Shown here piece by piece: positions 38,497 through 48,354 of a stretch of 64,000 nt of DNA. The translations under genes were made by a program, and so were the position numbers. The first letter of the stretch is position 1. Each line of letters starts with the position of its first letter. A model generated the notes under the pieces. It saw only the letters and a program-made list of their open reading frames with translations. It was not told the origin of the DNA and did no database searches. The DNA is from a virus (taxonomy: Duplodnaviria; Caudoviricetes): IMG/VR virus record IMGVR_UViG_3300042477_000769; one strand, 5' to 3'.

Positions 38497-39186
38497 ATTC
38501 TTAGGCTAGTTCAAACCGGCAATGCGTTGCCGATGTCGTTTATTGTGGATCCGTCGGCTGAGTTCCAACCGGGGCAAATAGCGGAGCTGACCGTCATCGG
38601 CAACCAAGTCATGGCCACTGTCAGCAACGGCACCGCTCCTATTGGCATTATTGATGATATCAAGACTCGTGCTTTTACCAACGTATCGTGGAATGAGGTA
38701 GTGGTCGTACCTGCAGTTGGGGTACCAGGACCTAATGGAACTACCGTTACTCCGATTGATATTAAGGCAGAATTAAGAAAACCGAATATTGTGCCGTCTA
38801 GTTTTACTTCTACTATTGATGTGGTGTTAAATGCGGAAAATGGAGTTATTAAATTTGTGGCGGGCACTCCGTTAAATTTTGATTTAACTGGCACGGGCAC
38901 ACCGAATGCGATTCGAACCATAGTTAATTATACTTATTATGTGGCTAATATTCCGGGAGATGATAGTACTCAAGGATCAGGTCGAGTAACGGTCTGGTTT
39001 GATAGAATCTTTTTTCAGACTGATCAATATGAGACGAATCAACAATATCCAGTGAGAGCTAATTTGTATGTGAGTGAAATTGGAATGTTAACTACCCGAA
39101 GACCTAGCAATATTCATCCGGCAGTCGGGATGGTGACTGCGCCACCGTCACCCACCTTACCATTTATTGAAGTTTTATGGTACTAA
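38497..39186 (+). CDS. Capsid decoration-like beta-rich protein; probable ATT start
   Basis: The frame of ORF 38527 extends to ATT 38497, 5 nt after GGAGG; (M)LRLVQTGNALP parallels MALKLLQPGTQP of 45830; both carry GSG(K/R)VTxW. Confidence 0.55.
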   Translation: MLRLVQTGNALPMSFIVDPSAEFQPGQIAELTVIGNQVMATVSNGTAPIGIIDDIKTRAFTNVSWNEVVVVPAVGVPGPNGTTVTPIDIKAELRKPNIVPSSFTSTIDVVLNAENGVIKFVAGTPLNFDLTGTGTPNAIRTIVNYTYYVANIPGDDSTQGSGRVTVWFDRIFFQTDQYETNQQYPVRANLYVSEIGMLTTRRPSNIHPAVGMVTAPPSPTLPFIEVLWY

Positions 39187-39275
39187 TATTGTAGAGAGTA
39201 ACAAAAACTATCTTTTATGAGTGAAACTTTCTATATTGTGGCATTATATAGAATAAATAATTTTATTGAGGCCAT

Positions 39276-40550
39276 ATGACTTTTAAACACATTAAGTTTG
39301 AAGATTCTGCCATCATGCGTTCATTAGAGAAATTAGCGTTTGATAAGGGATTAGTAAAGCCAGAAACTTTAAACAAAACAGCATCAGTTAAAAGCCCGGA
39401 GCCCACTTCTGGTAGTTTGGTGGAGCAGGTTATTTACTTATGTGCGGAGATGAAGAAATCTGGCTTAGAAAAAGAGGCTCGAGATTTAGAGCATAAATTA
39501 CTTAATTATAAAAGAGCTAATACTTTGTATCAAACTTCTCAAGAAACGGGAGAAGATTTGGTTGATCAAGCTCATCCTAAGGGAAGTTATCACATGCCGG
39601 GATTAGGGGAGCTAGGGATCATTGAAACGGTTATTGATCAACAATTAAAAAGTTTAAAAATGGTGGAGAAGAAGCCAACGGGTAAATTAGCTAATAGAGA
39701 GATTATTGACGCAGTGAAAGTTATTTTAGCTGAAGAAAATAAAACATTAGAAGAAGTAAAAAAAGAATTAGGCTCTTTAGTAGCCTCTATTAAAGAGCGA
39801 ATAGAAAAAGTTGGTAACATAGCTTCACAATATACGACTGAACACCTATCTTCACAAATTGAGAAAGCGCCGCTGATGTTAGCTGGTCCCCTGGGACTAG
39901 GCGCGCTCTGGCTTGACGAACCAACAAAAAAAATTTCTAATTTTGTTTCTATTATTAGAAATAATTTAAGCGTATATAATGCTAATAATTTTAAAAAAGC
40001 TAAAAATGTTTATCATAATTTTTATGATTTCTTGAAGCCTGGGTTCCAGAAAGGAATTTCGGAAGATGGTTGGAGCATAGTAGAACCAATAATGAATCCA
40101 ATTGGCTCTGATTTAACTAAAGCGATAGAGTTAGTGAATAAAATAAATTTATTAGAATCAAAGGAGGCGCCAGAAGAAAAAAAACCAGAAAACGAAGAAA
40201 AAGTAAAAGTTTTTACAAACCAGCAAAAAAAGCACAATATCTGGATTGAATTTTTAGGCGAATACAGTAAAATGCTTAGTAAAATGGATAAGATCCATAA
40301 AGAATTAGGAGATACGCCCGAGGTGAAAAACACAAAACTTTGGATTAAACAAAAAATAGAAAAAATGCAGATGAAAGCTTCTGCTTGTTTGGAAAACATA
40401 AAGAACAATGAAATAACAGAAGATCAATTTCAAGATCAAATTCATGAATTTGAAAAGTTTTTAAATCATATTGACACTGAGCTTAAAAAACTACCTGTAT
40501 ACTCTAAGGTTAATTCTAACTTGCTACAACAAATAAAAAACTGGTTTTGA
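39276..40550 (+). CDS. Hypothetical protein (probable internal head protein)
   Basis: SD GAGG; NKTA|S and YKRA|N; N-terminus weakly similar to 44505..45722. Confidence 0.6.
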   Translation: MTFKHIKFEDSAIMRSLEKLAFDKGLVKPETLNKTASVKSPEPTSGSLVEQVIYLCAEMKKSGLEKEARDLEHKLLNYKRANTLYQTSQETGEDLVDQAHPKGSYHMPGLGELGIIETVIDQQLKSLKMVEKKPTGKLANREIIDAVKVILAEENKTLEEVKKELGSLVASIKERIEKVGNIASQYTTEHLSSQIEKAPLMLAGPLGLGALWLDEPTKKISNFVSIIRNNLSVYNANNFKKAKNVYHNFYDFLKPGFQKGISEDGWSIVEPIMNPIGSDLTKAIELVNKINLLESKEAPEEKKPENEEKVKVFTNQQKKHNIWIEFLGEYSKMLSKMDKIHKELGDTPEVKNTKLWIKQKIEKMQMKASACLENIKNNEITEDQFQDQIHEFEKFLNHIDTELKKLPVYSKVNSNLLQQIKNWF

Positions 40551-40554
40551 TAAT

Positions 40555-41685
40555 ATGTTGAAACGTAATATTATACAAGAAATAAACAAAATAGCCCAAG
40601 AATATGACTCGATTCCTCTTCCTTCTACTCAAAAGAGCAGTCCTAGCGTGTCATCTAAACCTACTGGCTATGTAGCTAATAATGATATTAGTCGCATGCA
40701 AAAAGCTATTCAAAATTTTGCAGCAGCAGCGGTTAAATATAAAACAGTACCTGTCAATAAAAACGGTAAACTAGTAAAAGAAGTTGATAAAAACGATACC
40801 AGAAGAGACTTTAATGATTTTTTGGTAGAACAATTTGCTAATAATGCTGAATTACGAGGCGATGAATACTCTCCAGATCCGGGAGATACGACCCTGTCAT
40901 CTAAACAACCTACAGATCTAATTCAATTAGATAATGTTATTGATCAATTACGTAGAACAGGATCTCAAATAAATGAAAAATTACCAGATGGTAGCTGGGA
41001 AACTCGCACTAATAATGCAGTTCGTAATGTGTATGCTTTAGCTGTAGCATTAGTAGAAGCTAATGAAGCATTGGGTGGAACTTCAATTAATGATCGCCGA
41101 GTATTTACCAGATCAGATTTAGCTGCATTTAAAGCAGCTATTCCTCCTTATAAAGATCCTGTAGCAGAAGGCGGTTTAACTAAAGAAAATCTCTCTCAAA
41201 GAGCAGTGACTATTACTAAATTAGTTAATAAACTAACTGAGTTTTATGATTTTTATTCTAAAACTATTTTAGATCATCCGGCCTATAAAAGCTATATAGA
41301 CCAGACAAAAGCTTTATTGACAGTAGAACCCGGCAAAGATCCGACTATGTTAAATGAAGCAGATCAAAAGCGTTTAGAACAATCAAAAGATATTCGTTTA
41401 CCATTTTTACGAGTCTTAGATAAAGATAATCGTCCCATTAATATTGATGGTAATGTAGCATTAGACTATTTACAAAGTAAACAAGGATTACAAAAATTAA
41501 TGGTAGATTTTTTAAAATATCAACCTAATGAAGTTAATAGCTTTCCTGCTATGAGAAAAACGGTTAATAATTTAATTGATCGTATTAATAAAATAATTGC
41601 TACTAATCGTCAATCATTAAATCCAATAATTGATAAAAATCAAATAAAAGAAATATCATTCGATCCAAACTCTAATATAGCCTAA
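40555..41685 (+). CDS. Hypothetical protein
   Basis: N-terminal INKIA|Q. Confidence 0.6.
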   Translation: MLKRNIIQEINKIAQEYDSIPLPSTQKSSPSVSSKPTGYVANNDISRMQKAIQNFAAAAVKYKTVPVNKNGKLVKEVDKNDTRRDFNDFLVEQFANNAELRGDEYSPDPGDTTLSSKQPTDLIQLDNVIDQLRRTGSQINEKLPDGSWETRTNNAVRNVYALAVALVEANEALGGTSINDRRVFTRSDLAAFKAAIPPYKDPVAEGGLTKENLSQRAVTITKLVNKLTEFYDFYSKTILDHPAYKSYIDQTKALLTVEPGKDPTMLNEADQKRLEQSKDIRLPFLRVLDKDNRPINIDGNVALDYLQSKQGLQKLMVDFLKYQPNEVNSFPAMRKTVNNLIDRINKIIATNRQSLNPIIDKNQIKEISFDPNSNIA

Positions 41686-41696
41686 AGGTAAACTCC

Positions 41697-43385
41697 ATGT
41701 CTTTTATTTATGAAAATAAACTGTTATTACAAGCTTTATTAGAGGCGGGCGGAGCTTTGGAAAAAAAAGCTCAAGATAATGAACAATCTAAACAAAATAT
41801 TTTAGAAAATTTTCGAGACTTTAATCAAAATCAAGAAATAGTAAAGGCTTTACCTGATTATGATTTGGCATTAAAATTATTGTATAATTTACAACGAGAA
41901 TTAAAAGATCCTAAAGCTCCCCCGGCAGGAATTCCAATTGGAACTCAAAGCGGTAGTACTCAAATAGAAGCTAATACCGCTAATTTTAGAACTTTAGGAG
42001 ATTTTTTAAACTGGGCGGCAGCTAACAAATTAACTTGGAAAAATCAAAGATTTGCTTGGACTAAAGAAGAAGCTGATAAAGATCGTTCGATTATTAATAA
42101 TAATTGGACTTTTACCTCTTTACCATTTGATAGAAATGATCGATCTTTAGATCGTCAACCAATAAGAACCATAGCTTATGCAAATAAAGATGCACTAATA
42201 GAATATTTAGCTGCTTTAAGAGATAGTCCAGAAACTCAAAAAAATAATGTATTAAAATTTATGTTAGCCAGTTTAATTGGAGAAGCAAACGGTTTTCTTA
42301 GAATACAAGGTGAGAAACCCATTGAAACAAAAACTAGTCCCAAACCGGCAGATAATTTAGATCCTAATTTAATTGTAGATATCTTACCCGCTATTTTAGG
42401 CAATGATACTATCAATGAGAATTTAAATAATGCACCGTTTAATTTATTCAAAGCCGACAATGTTAATGCTTTAACTGTTGAAGATTTAAAAAGTAAATCA
42501 AATTTTACTAATTGGCTGAGTAATCGACAAATAAAAGTCAACTTAGGAGGTAAAAATCCAACTACTAAAGTTGTCAAAGTATTTGACCCAGAATCTGGAG
42601 ATCCTTGTTTAGCTGTTCATATTTTATATAAACGTGCATTACATTTAAGAAATGCCGCTGAAGGACATGATCAATTTGTTACTAATTATAGTAAAGCTAT
42701 TAATTTATATATTAATGCTGTAACTGCTTTTGGTCGAGAATTTACAGATAAAAATGGTCATCCCTGCACCGTATTATCTCCTACTTCGGATACTAATGCC
42801 AGAGTTTATCCTGGTGGTAGTGGCTCTCCTGCTGGAGGAGCTGGACCTGCAACTACTACTGGACTCGTCCCTAGTAATCCTCAAGTCAAATCTCAAATGT
42901 TAAAAAATCTAGTGCAATATATGCCGCTTAATTTGCACACTATTAATTTAGATGACATACTATCATTTTTTAATGCTTATGTCAACTTTTTAGAAAAAAC
43001 TTCTGGAGCGGAAGAGGAATTTGTTAAAACAGCACAGGCCAGTGTAATCTCTATTATTCAAGAAATTAAAAAAGTAACAGTCTTGCCACAATTAGTATTC
43101 CCATTAAATGGTGGGTCTGAAACTGTAGTGAAGTGGATTAGAAATCCATTATTTAGTTACACGCCATTTATCCAAAACTTATCAGAAATATTAGTTACTA
43201 CTTTTAGTGTAATTCAAAAATTTTATGATACCTATGGTAGAGTTCGATCGTCAGAAGATAGAGCAGAGTTTAATTCTGAACAACAAAATATTGTTAAAGG
43301 TCAAACGCCTATCTATAACTCTAATATGCGAGTTATTAATCGTTGGCTCAATGAGGCGGGAAGAGTTCAAGGATTTAAAAAATGA
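41697..43385 (+). CDS. Hypothetical protein
   Basis: N-terminal LEKKA|Q. Confidence 0.6.
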   Translation: MSFIYENKLLLQALLEAGGALEKKAQDNEQSKQNILENFRDFNQNQEIVKALPDYDLALKLLYNLQRELKDPKAPPAGIPIGTQSGSTQIEANTANFRTLGDFLNWAAANKLTWKNQRFAWTKEEADKDRSIINNNWTFTSLPFDRNDRSLDRQPIRTIAYANKDALIEYLAALRDSPETQKNNVLKFMLASLIGEANGFLRIQGEKPIETKTSPKPADNLDPNLIVDILPAILGNDTINENLNNAPFNLFKADNVNALTVEDLKSKSNFTNWLSNRQIKVNLGGKNPTTKVVKVFDPESGDPCLAVHILYKRALHLRNAAEGHDQFVTNYSKAINLYINAVTAFGREFTDKNGHPCTVLSPTSDTNARVYPGGSGSPAGGAGPATTTGLVPSNPQVKSQMLKNLVQYMPLNLHTINLDDILSFFNAYVNFLEKTSGAEEEFVKTAQASVISIIQEIKKVTVLPQLVFPLNGGSETVVKWIRNPLFSYTPFIQNLSEILVTTFSVIQKFYDTYGRVRSSEDRAEFNSEQQNIVKGQTPIYNSNMRVINRWLNEAGRVQGFKK

Positions 43386-44446
43386 ATCAGCAAGAAATTA
43401 GCTTCTATACTGATTGCTTTATTGTAGAATCTTTGCTACAAAATCATTCTCTAATTAAAATAGCCCAAGAAGGCGGACCGTTAACAGAATTGATTAATAA
43501 AGTAAAAGATTATTTCGGTCAACATATTGATCCGAATGATCCTGTCAGCAGCTTATTAGGAATATTAACTCCAGGATTAATTTTTAGCTTTTTAGGTTAT
43601 GGCTGGTTAGGCGGATTAATTGGCTTAGCCATCAACGTATTTCATGTAGATGTCAAAGGTATTATTTCCTCTATTATTAATAAAATTAAAGGATTAATTA
43701 CTGGTAATAAACCAACTAATTCTGAAAAAGTTGATGAAATTGTGGCTAGCTCAGTTCAAGAATTTGATAAACCTATTAGTGAAACTAGTAATGATACGAG
43801 TGTCATGGAAGACACTTTAAATAAGTTATTAAAGTCTACTTCTACTGTTCAGTTATCTAAAGATATTAGATTAGTTAAATTAGCTATTGTACAACCTATT
43901 AAAACTGCTAAATGGGGCGGCGGATTAGCAGCTCGACAAAAAACCACCATGACTTTATTAGCAAAAGTATTAGGTTGGATTTTTAAAGTTATTTTAGCTT
44001 CGGCTGGCTTATTGGTAGCTGGAGATGTAGTGAATAAATTTGTCGGCCGCCCTAACGCTTTTGATGGCGGCTTAAAAGATGGCAAGCCAATTGCTGCCAC
44101 TCCAGTACCCTTAGTAACTTCCAAACAAACTAAATTTCCAAAGCAATCTAATTATATAGAAGAACAATTTAATTCCGGAGATACTAATTGGGTGGAAAGC
44201 GTCGCTAACAATGATCCTTCTATTACGGCGATGTTAATCCAATTTGCTAAAGACGTGTATAACGGATTAGAGGGTTACGAAAATATTATTCGCACTTCTC
44301 CTGCGTTTGAAATTATTAAAAATAGAATAATTACCTACAATAGAACCACTCCCGGACAAACGATGGTCTTTATTCCTAAATATTTTAAGTCTAAAAAGAA
44401 AATTGTAGATTTGTTTATTGATGATGTAGCAGAAAAAGCTACTTAA
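43382..44446 (+). CDS. Hypothetical protein with two hydrophobic segments (possible membrane-inserting ejection protein)
   Basis: IKIA|Q; LLGILTPGLIFSFLGYGWLGGLIGLAINVF and LLAKVLGWIFKVILASAGLLVAG. Confidence 0.55.
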   Translation: MNQQEISFYTDCFIVESLLQNHSLIKIAQEGGPLTELINKVKDYFGQHIDPNDPVSSLLGILTPGLIFSFLGYGWLGGLIGLAINVFHVDVKGIISSIINKIKGLITGNKPTNSEKVDEIVASSVQEFDKPISETSNDTSVMEDTLNKLLKSTSTVQLSKDIRLVKLAIVQPIKTAKWGGGLAARQKTTMTLLAKVLGWIFKVILASAGLLVAGDVVNKFVGRPNAFDGGLKDGKPIAATPVPLVTSKQTKFPKQSNYIEEQFNSGDTNWVESVANNDPSITAMLIQFAKDVYNGLEGYENIIRTSPAFEIIKNRIITYNRTTPGQTMVFIPKYFKSKKKIVDLFIDDVAEKAT

Positions 44447-44504
44447 TTAAGGCATAGCTCGACATATTATTGATTACATTGTGTAACTTTTAATTTCTAG
44501 ATGG

Positions 44505-45722
44505 ATGAGTATAACTATGACCAGAAGCCAAATTTTTGATAATTTTATAAAAATTTCACAAGAAAAAGGTCTAATTGCTAATGATTCTTCTGAGGCCAAA
44601 AAGAAATTAGAAGAAACTAAACGAGCCGATTCTTTAGATGCTAAAGCAATCAGTCAATTATATGGGGTAAAAAATCCCGCTCCTAAAGATATGGAGTATC
44701 AACAAAATATTATTGAAATTGCTCATAAAAAACCAGTTATTATTGGTCCCTCTTATGATAAATTAAATGCCTTAGTAGAAAATAATCAAGAGCGTCAAAA
44801 TATCTTATTGAGAATTGTTAACAAAACTCCGGATGGATTATCTACTCAACGTAAATATGCAGAGCAAGAATTAACTTTAACCTTAGTTCAATTAGCTAAT
44901 AATTTTGATAATACTGATCAAGATAAATTAAGAAAACTAGCCGATTCTTGTTTATTAAAATTATCGTCTCAACAAACGAAAAAGTCTTTGCAGAAAAAAG
45001 CTGCAATATTGATACCTATTGCTATTGCAGCTGCCACTATTGGTGCTATTTATGCTCATCAACATATTGCAGATGCAGATGAAGGATTAGAAGAAAATTA
45101 TAAAAATTTAGTCAAACAATTAGATGATTTCTTAGATGACAATAACTCTGGTTTAGGTATTACCGGTCATGAATATAGTCAAGAAATGTTATCAGATATT
45201 AGAGAATTTAAAGATAGACTAGCTGATTTTATGCAATTATACCGATCTTTAAATGAAGTTATTAGAGAATTAGAAAAGCCCAGAGACGCTAAAGAATTAA
45301 TGGAATTATCTAAACAACCAAAAACTCATACCGTAATCAATGCCGTTAAAAAATTAAGAGAATTAGCAACTAATATGAGTACCTTTATGGATACTATTTA
45401 TAAGAACTTTAGCTCCAGTATGTATAAAAATCGACATACTAAAAGTAAAGGTGTAGTCGATAAATTATTAGAAACTAGTATTTTAGGTGTGAGCTTAAAA
45501 GGCGGTCAGACCGGATTAATAGCTGATGATTTTCAAGATGTTATTAATGCGATGAATACTTTTAGAACTAGCATTGCTGAATTATTAAAAGTTATGGAGG
45601 CGGCAGGGTCTATTGAAGAAGACAGTTTAGATAAATTATCGGCATCTTTAGATAAAGCAAAAGAAGATTTTGGCTCTCCGTTAGATTTAAGTGGACCCCC
45701 TAAACTTTTGTCGACAGATTAA
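44505..45722 (+). CDS. Hypothetical protein with a hydrophobic segment after a KxA motif
   Basis: QKKA|AILIPIAIAAATIGAIYAH followed by coiled coil. Confidence 0.6.
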   Translation: MSITMTRSQIFDNFIKISQEKGLIANDSSEAKKKLEETKRADSLDAKAISQLYGVKNPAPKDMEYQQNIIEIAHKKPVIIGPSYDKLNALVENNQERQNILLRIVNKTPDGLSTQRKYAEQELTLTLVQLANNFDNTDQDKLRKLADSCLLKLSSQQTKKSLQKKAAILIPIAIAAATIGAIYAHQHIADADEGLEENYKNLVKQLDDFLDDNNSGLGITGHEYSQEMLSDIREFKDRLADFMQLYRSLNEVIRELEKPRDAKELMELSKQPKTHTVINAVKKLRELATNMSTFMDTIYKNFSSSMYKNRHTKSKGVVDKLLETSILGVSLKGGQTGLIADDFQDVINAMNTFRTSIAELLKVMEAAGSIEEDSLDKLSASLDKAKEDFGSPLDLSGPPKLLSTD

Positions 45723-45829
45723 AATAATTTTCATAAAATCTGGCAATAAACAAATATGTAATTAAATTTTGTAAGTAAGGTGTAAGTTTCTATCGAATAA
45801 ATCGATATGTAAAAATTTAGGAAAATAAC

Positions 45830-46534
45830 ATGGCATTAAAATTATTACAACCTGGTACTCAACCATTAGGCCAATTTGACGGCTTAGACTCTGAAGTATT
45901 AACCTTAAAAGGTGGAGAAGTTGTTACGTTAGTAGCAACTGCCGTTCCTCCTGGTGATAAAGCTGCTTCTGATTCTTTTGACGGTTATGTTAACACTGGT
46001 TCGTCTGCTAGACGCCCAGTGGTCACCAAAACCTTAGACGCTTATTCGCGTCCTTTAATGTTAGCTGACGATGGTATCTCTGGTTACGGAACCTTATTCG
46101 GTTCGGTAGTTGGTGGAACTGTTGGACAAAATACCACGGGCGCTGTATTAGGCCCTCACACTGCTAGCGGTTCTGGCAAAGTTACTTGCTGGGATAAACC
46201 CGGTTTATATGCCGTGTCGTTAGATGCTTGTGATCCTAACGCTTCCACTGGTTTACAACCCACCAATACCACAGTCGCTGTGGGTTCTCCCTTATTCTAT
46301 ACTACGGCTGGTTTATTAACTCCTACGGCAGCTTCTGCTCCTACGGGTAGCACGGCTGATGGTAGCACTGGTAAAACAGTGTGTGGTCGCTTCGTTGACT
46401 TCGAGACCAACGGTTCTTTAGTCAATACGCCTAACAGATTAGTAGCCGCTTTGAACAGTCCTTCGGGTAGCTCCGTTGGTCCTCGTACCTTTGCTTTCGC
46501 TACATTCTTCTTTGGTGAATTATCTAAGGTCTGA
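45830..46534 (+). CDS. Capsid decoration / minor capsid protein (putative)
   Basis: SD AGGA; Gly/Thr/Ser-rich beta protein immediately upstream of MCP; C-ending codons enriched as in MCP. Confidence 0.55.
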   Translation: MALKLLQPGTQPLGQFDGLDSEVLTLKGGEVVTLVATAVPPGDKAASDSFDGYVNTGSSARRPVVTKTLDAYSRPLMLADDGISGYGTLFGSVVGGTVGQNTTGAVLGPHTASGSGKVTCWDKPGLYAVSLDACDPNASTGLQPTNTTVAVGSPLFYTTAGLLTPTAASAPTGSTADGSTGKTVCGRFVDFETNGSLVNTPNRLVAALNSPSGSSVGPRTFAFATFFFGELSKV

Positions 46535-46555
46535 TCTTAGTTAATTAAGAGTATC

Positions 46556-46585
46556 AAAAAAGCCGAGTTTATTCTCGGCTTTTTT
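46556..46585. terminator. Bidirectional intrinsic terminator
   Basis: AAAAAAGCCGAG-TTTATT-CTCGGCTTTTTT. Confidence 0.85.
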
Positions 46586-46701
46586 ATTTTATCGAAAAAT
46601 ATTTTCTATCTTTATAGCAATAATTACTTATAACAATATCACACAATAATTGTGTGGCTGATTTAGTTCGGCAAACAATTCTTTTATACTTTGGAGAAAA
46701 C

Positions 46702-47715
46702 ATGAATATGTTTAATAACAAGGGCGAATTGAACGCAAGTTCTTTAAAAGACGCTCTACAATCACTGGCTAAATATGCTTCAGTGTTGGAAGAAAATCAA
46801 CCCTCAAACATGGGTTTCGCAGGTCAACCATCTTTAAGCGATGACAAACGTGATGAATTAATTTCTCGCGCTATTAATACTCAAGATGGTAAAGTGGCCT
46901 TAGCTCAAGCTATGGCGAATCCGATTCGCCGAAATTTGGACTACCACGGCATTGCTCGTCGAGCATTAGTGGTAGACCCACTTCCTATGGGAGCCATGCC
47001 CACTTATGACCGAGATATTGATGTGGCTGCTGTTGTTATTTCTAGCAATGGTACCGGACCAGAGTCTCGTGTTTTCGGTGACCGCGTAGTTGTTCCAGAG
47101 TTTGAAATTTTCGCCAACCCCACCGTTAGAATTGCCGAAGTTAAAAGACGCCGATTCAATGTTATTGATCGTGCAGTTCAAAAAGCTCGTCAAGAAATCA
47201 TGGCTCAAGAAGACGCCAACGTGTTTGCCGCATTAGATGCTGCTGCTAGCGTTGAAAACTCTTTAGTCGATGTCGCTGATGCCGGCTTATTAAAGAGAGA
47301 CCTCGTTGAAATTAAACAACAAATCGATCGTTGGGACTTAGTCACCACCAAATACTTCATGAATATCAATGAATTCACTGATATTCTCAAGTGGGGTAGC
47401 GGTGGTGGTCAAGGTGTCGGTGGTGGTGACTTCGATCCTGTAACCATGAGAGAAGTTCTACAAACCGGCTTGTATGCCCATATTTGGGGTACGGATATTA
47501 TGGTGTCGAAGATTGTCCCCCCGGGCACGATCTACGGCGCTGCCGATCCCGAGTTCGTTGGTGTAATGCCAATTCGCCAAGACATCGAAGTGTTGCCGGC
47601 TGACGAACCGAAGCAATTAAAGCTAGGCTGGGTAGTTTCCGAAATCATCGGTATCGCCATCGTCAACCCTCGTGGTTGTGCGGCTGGGCGCAAGAGCGTA
47701 GTTATCGGAGCCTGA
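46702..47715 (+). CDS. Major capsid protein (HK97 fold), 337 aa
   Basis: SD GGAG 5 nt before ATG 46702; E-loop/spine-helix pattern VVVPEFEIFANPTV..RFNVIDRAVQKARQEIMAQEDANVF; P-domain FMN..HIWGTDIMVSKIVPPGTIY; followed by a terminator. Confidence 0.88.
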   Translation: MNMFNNKGELNASSLKDALQSLAKYASVLEENQPSNMGFAGQPSLSDDKRDELISRAINTQDGKVALAQAMANPIRRNLDYHGIARRALVVDPLPMGAMPTYDRDIDVAAVVISSNGTGPESRVFGDRVVVPEFEIFANPTVRIAEVKRRRFNVIDRAVQKARQEIMAQEDANVFAALDAAASVENSLVDVADAGLLKRDLVEIKQQIDRWDLVTTKYFMNINEFTDILKWGSGGGQGVGGGDFDPVTMREVLQTGLYAHIWGTDIMVSKIVPPGTIYGAADPEFVGVMPIRQDIEVLPADEPKQLKLGWVVSEIIGIAIVNPRGCAAGRKSVVIGA

Positions 47716-47744
47716 TAACTACGGCTAATTAGCCAAATAGTCTT

Positions 47745-47770
47745 CAAAAGCCACCTTACGGTGGCTTTTG
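47745..47770. terminator. Intrinsic terminator after MCP
   Basis: CAAAAGCCACC-TTAC-GGTGGCTTTTG. Confidence 0.85.
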
Positions 47771-47787
47771 TCGTTATATCAATTCAT

Positions 47788-48354
47788 ATGAAAAAATTAA
47801 ATTTAATTGGATTAACTTTTCACCGATTAACTGTGATGGCGGAAGCTCCGGACATTAATCATCGTTCGGCCTGGGTATGTCAATGTGAATGTGGAACCAT
47901 TAAGAATATCAAAACGGAAGAATTACGATCGGGAGGCACTAAATCTTGTGGTTGTTGGAATGTCGAGCAACGCGCCAAACGAGTAAAGAACATGTATTCT
48001 AAATGCATTAAATATAGCCCAGAAATAGCATCAGCGAGAAAAATTTGGAAAACTAGATATCCAGAAATAAATTTTGACGATTTCTATCATATCTCTCAGC
48101 AAAATTGTTATTATTGTAATTCTGCTCCCGCTAATTCACAAAATGTTGCCACTAAAAAATCTTCTCAAGAAATGAAAGATAAAGGTCATTTTATTTATAA
48201 TGGATTAGATCGTTTAGATAATAACAAACAACATTCAAAAGATAATTGTGTCGCTTGTTGCAAATATTGTAATTATGCTAAAAGAGAAAGAACTGAACAA
48301 GAATTCAAAGATTGGATCATTAAAGTTTATCATTTTTATCTTCAACCAAAATAA
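47788..48354 (+). CDS. HNH-like phage endonuclease
   Basis: IGLTFHRLTV..WVCQCECG..LRSGGTKSCGC; CYYC..NGLDRLDN..NCVACCKYCNYAK; start placed at ATG 47788, downstream of the terminator. Confidence 0.8.
   Translation: MKKLNLIGLTFHRLTVMAEAPDINHRSAWVCQCECGTIKNIKTEELRSGGTKSCGCWNVEQRAKRVKNMYSKCIKYSPEIASARKIWKTRYPEINFDDFYHISQQNCYYCNSAPANSQNVATKKSSQEMKDKGHFIYNGLDRLDNNKQHSKDNCVACCKYCNYAKRERTEQEFKDWIIKVYHFYLQPK

Noticed and set aside
38511-38921. Minus-strand 136-aa ORF, and similar short antisense ORFs across 13-47 kb
   Set aside because: Antisense to well-supported plus-strand genes; no SD or recognisable motifs.
46654-46701. GTG start at 46654 for the major capsid protein
   Set aside because: ATG 46702 has an SD at 5-nt spacing; the extension looks like an untranslated leader.
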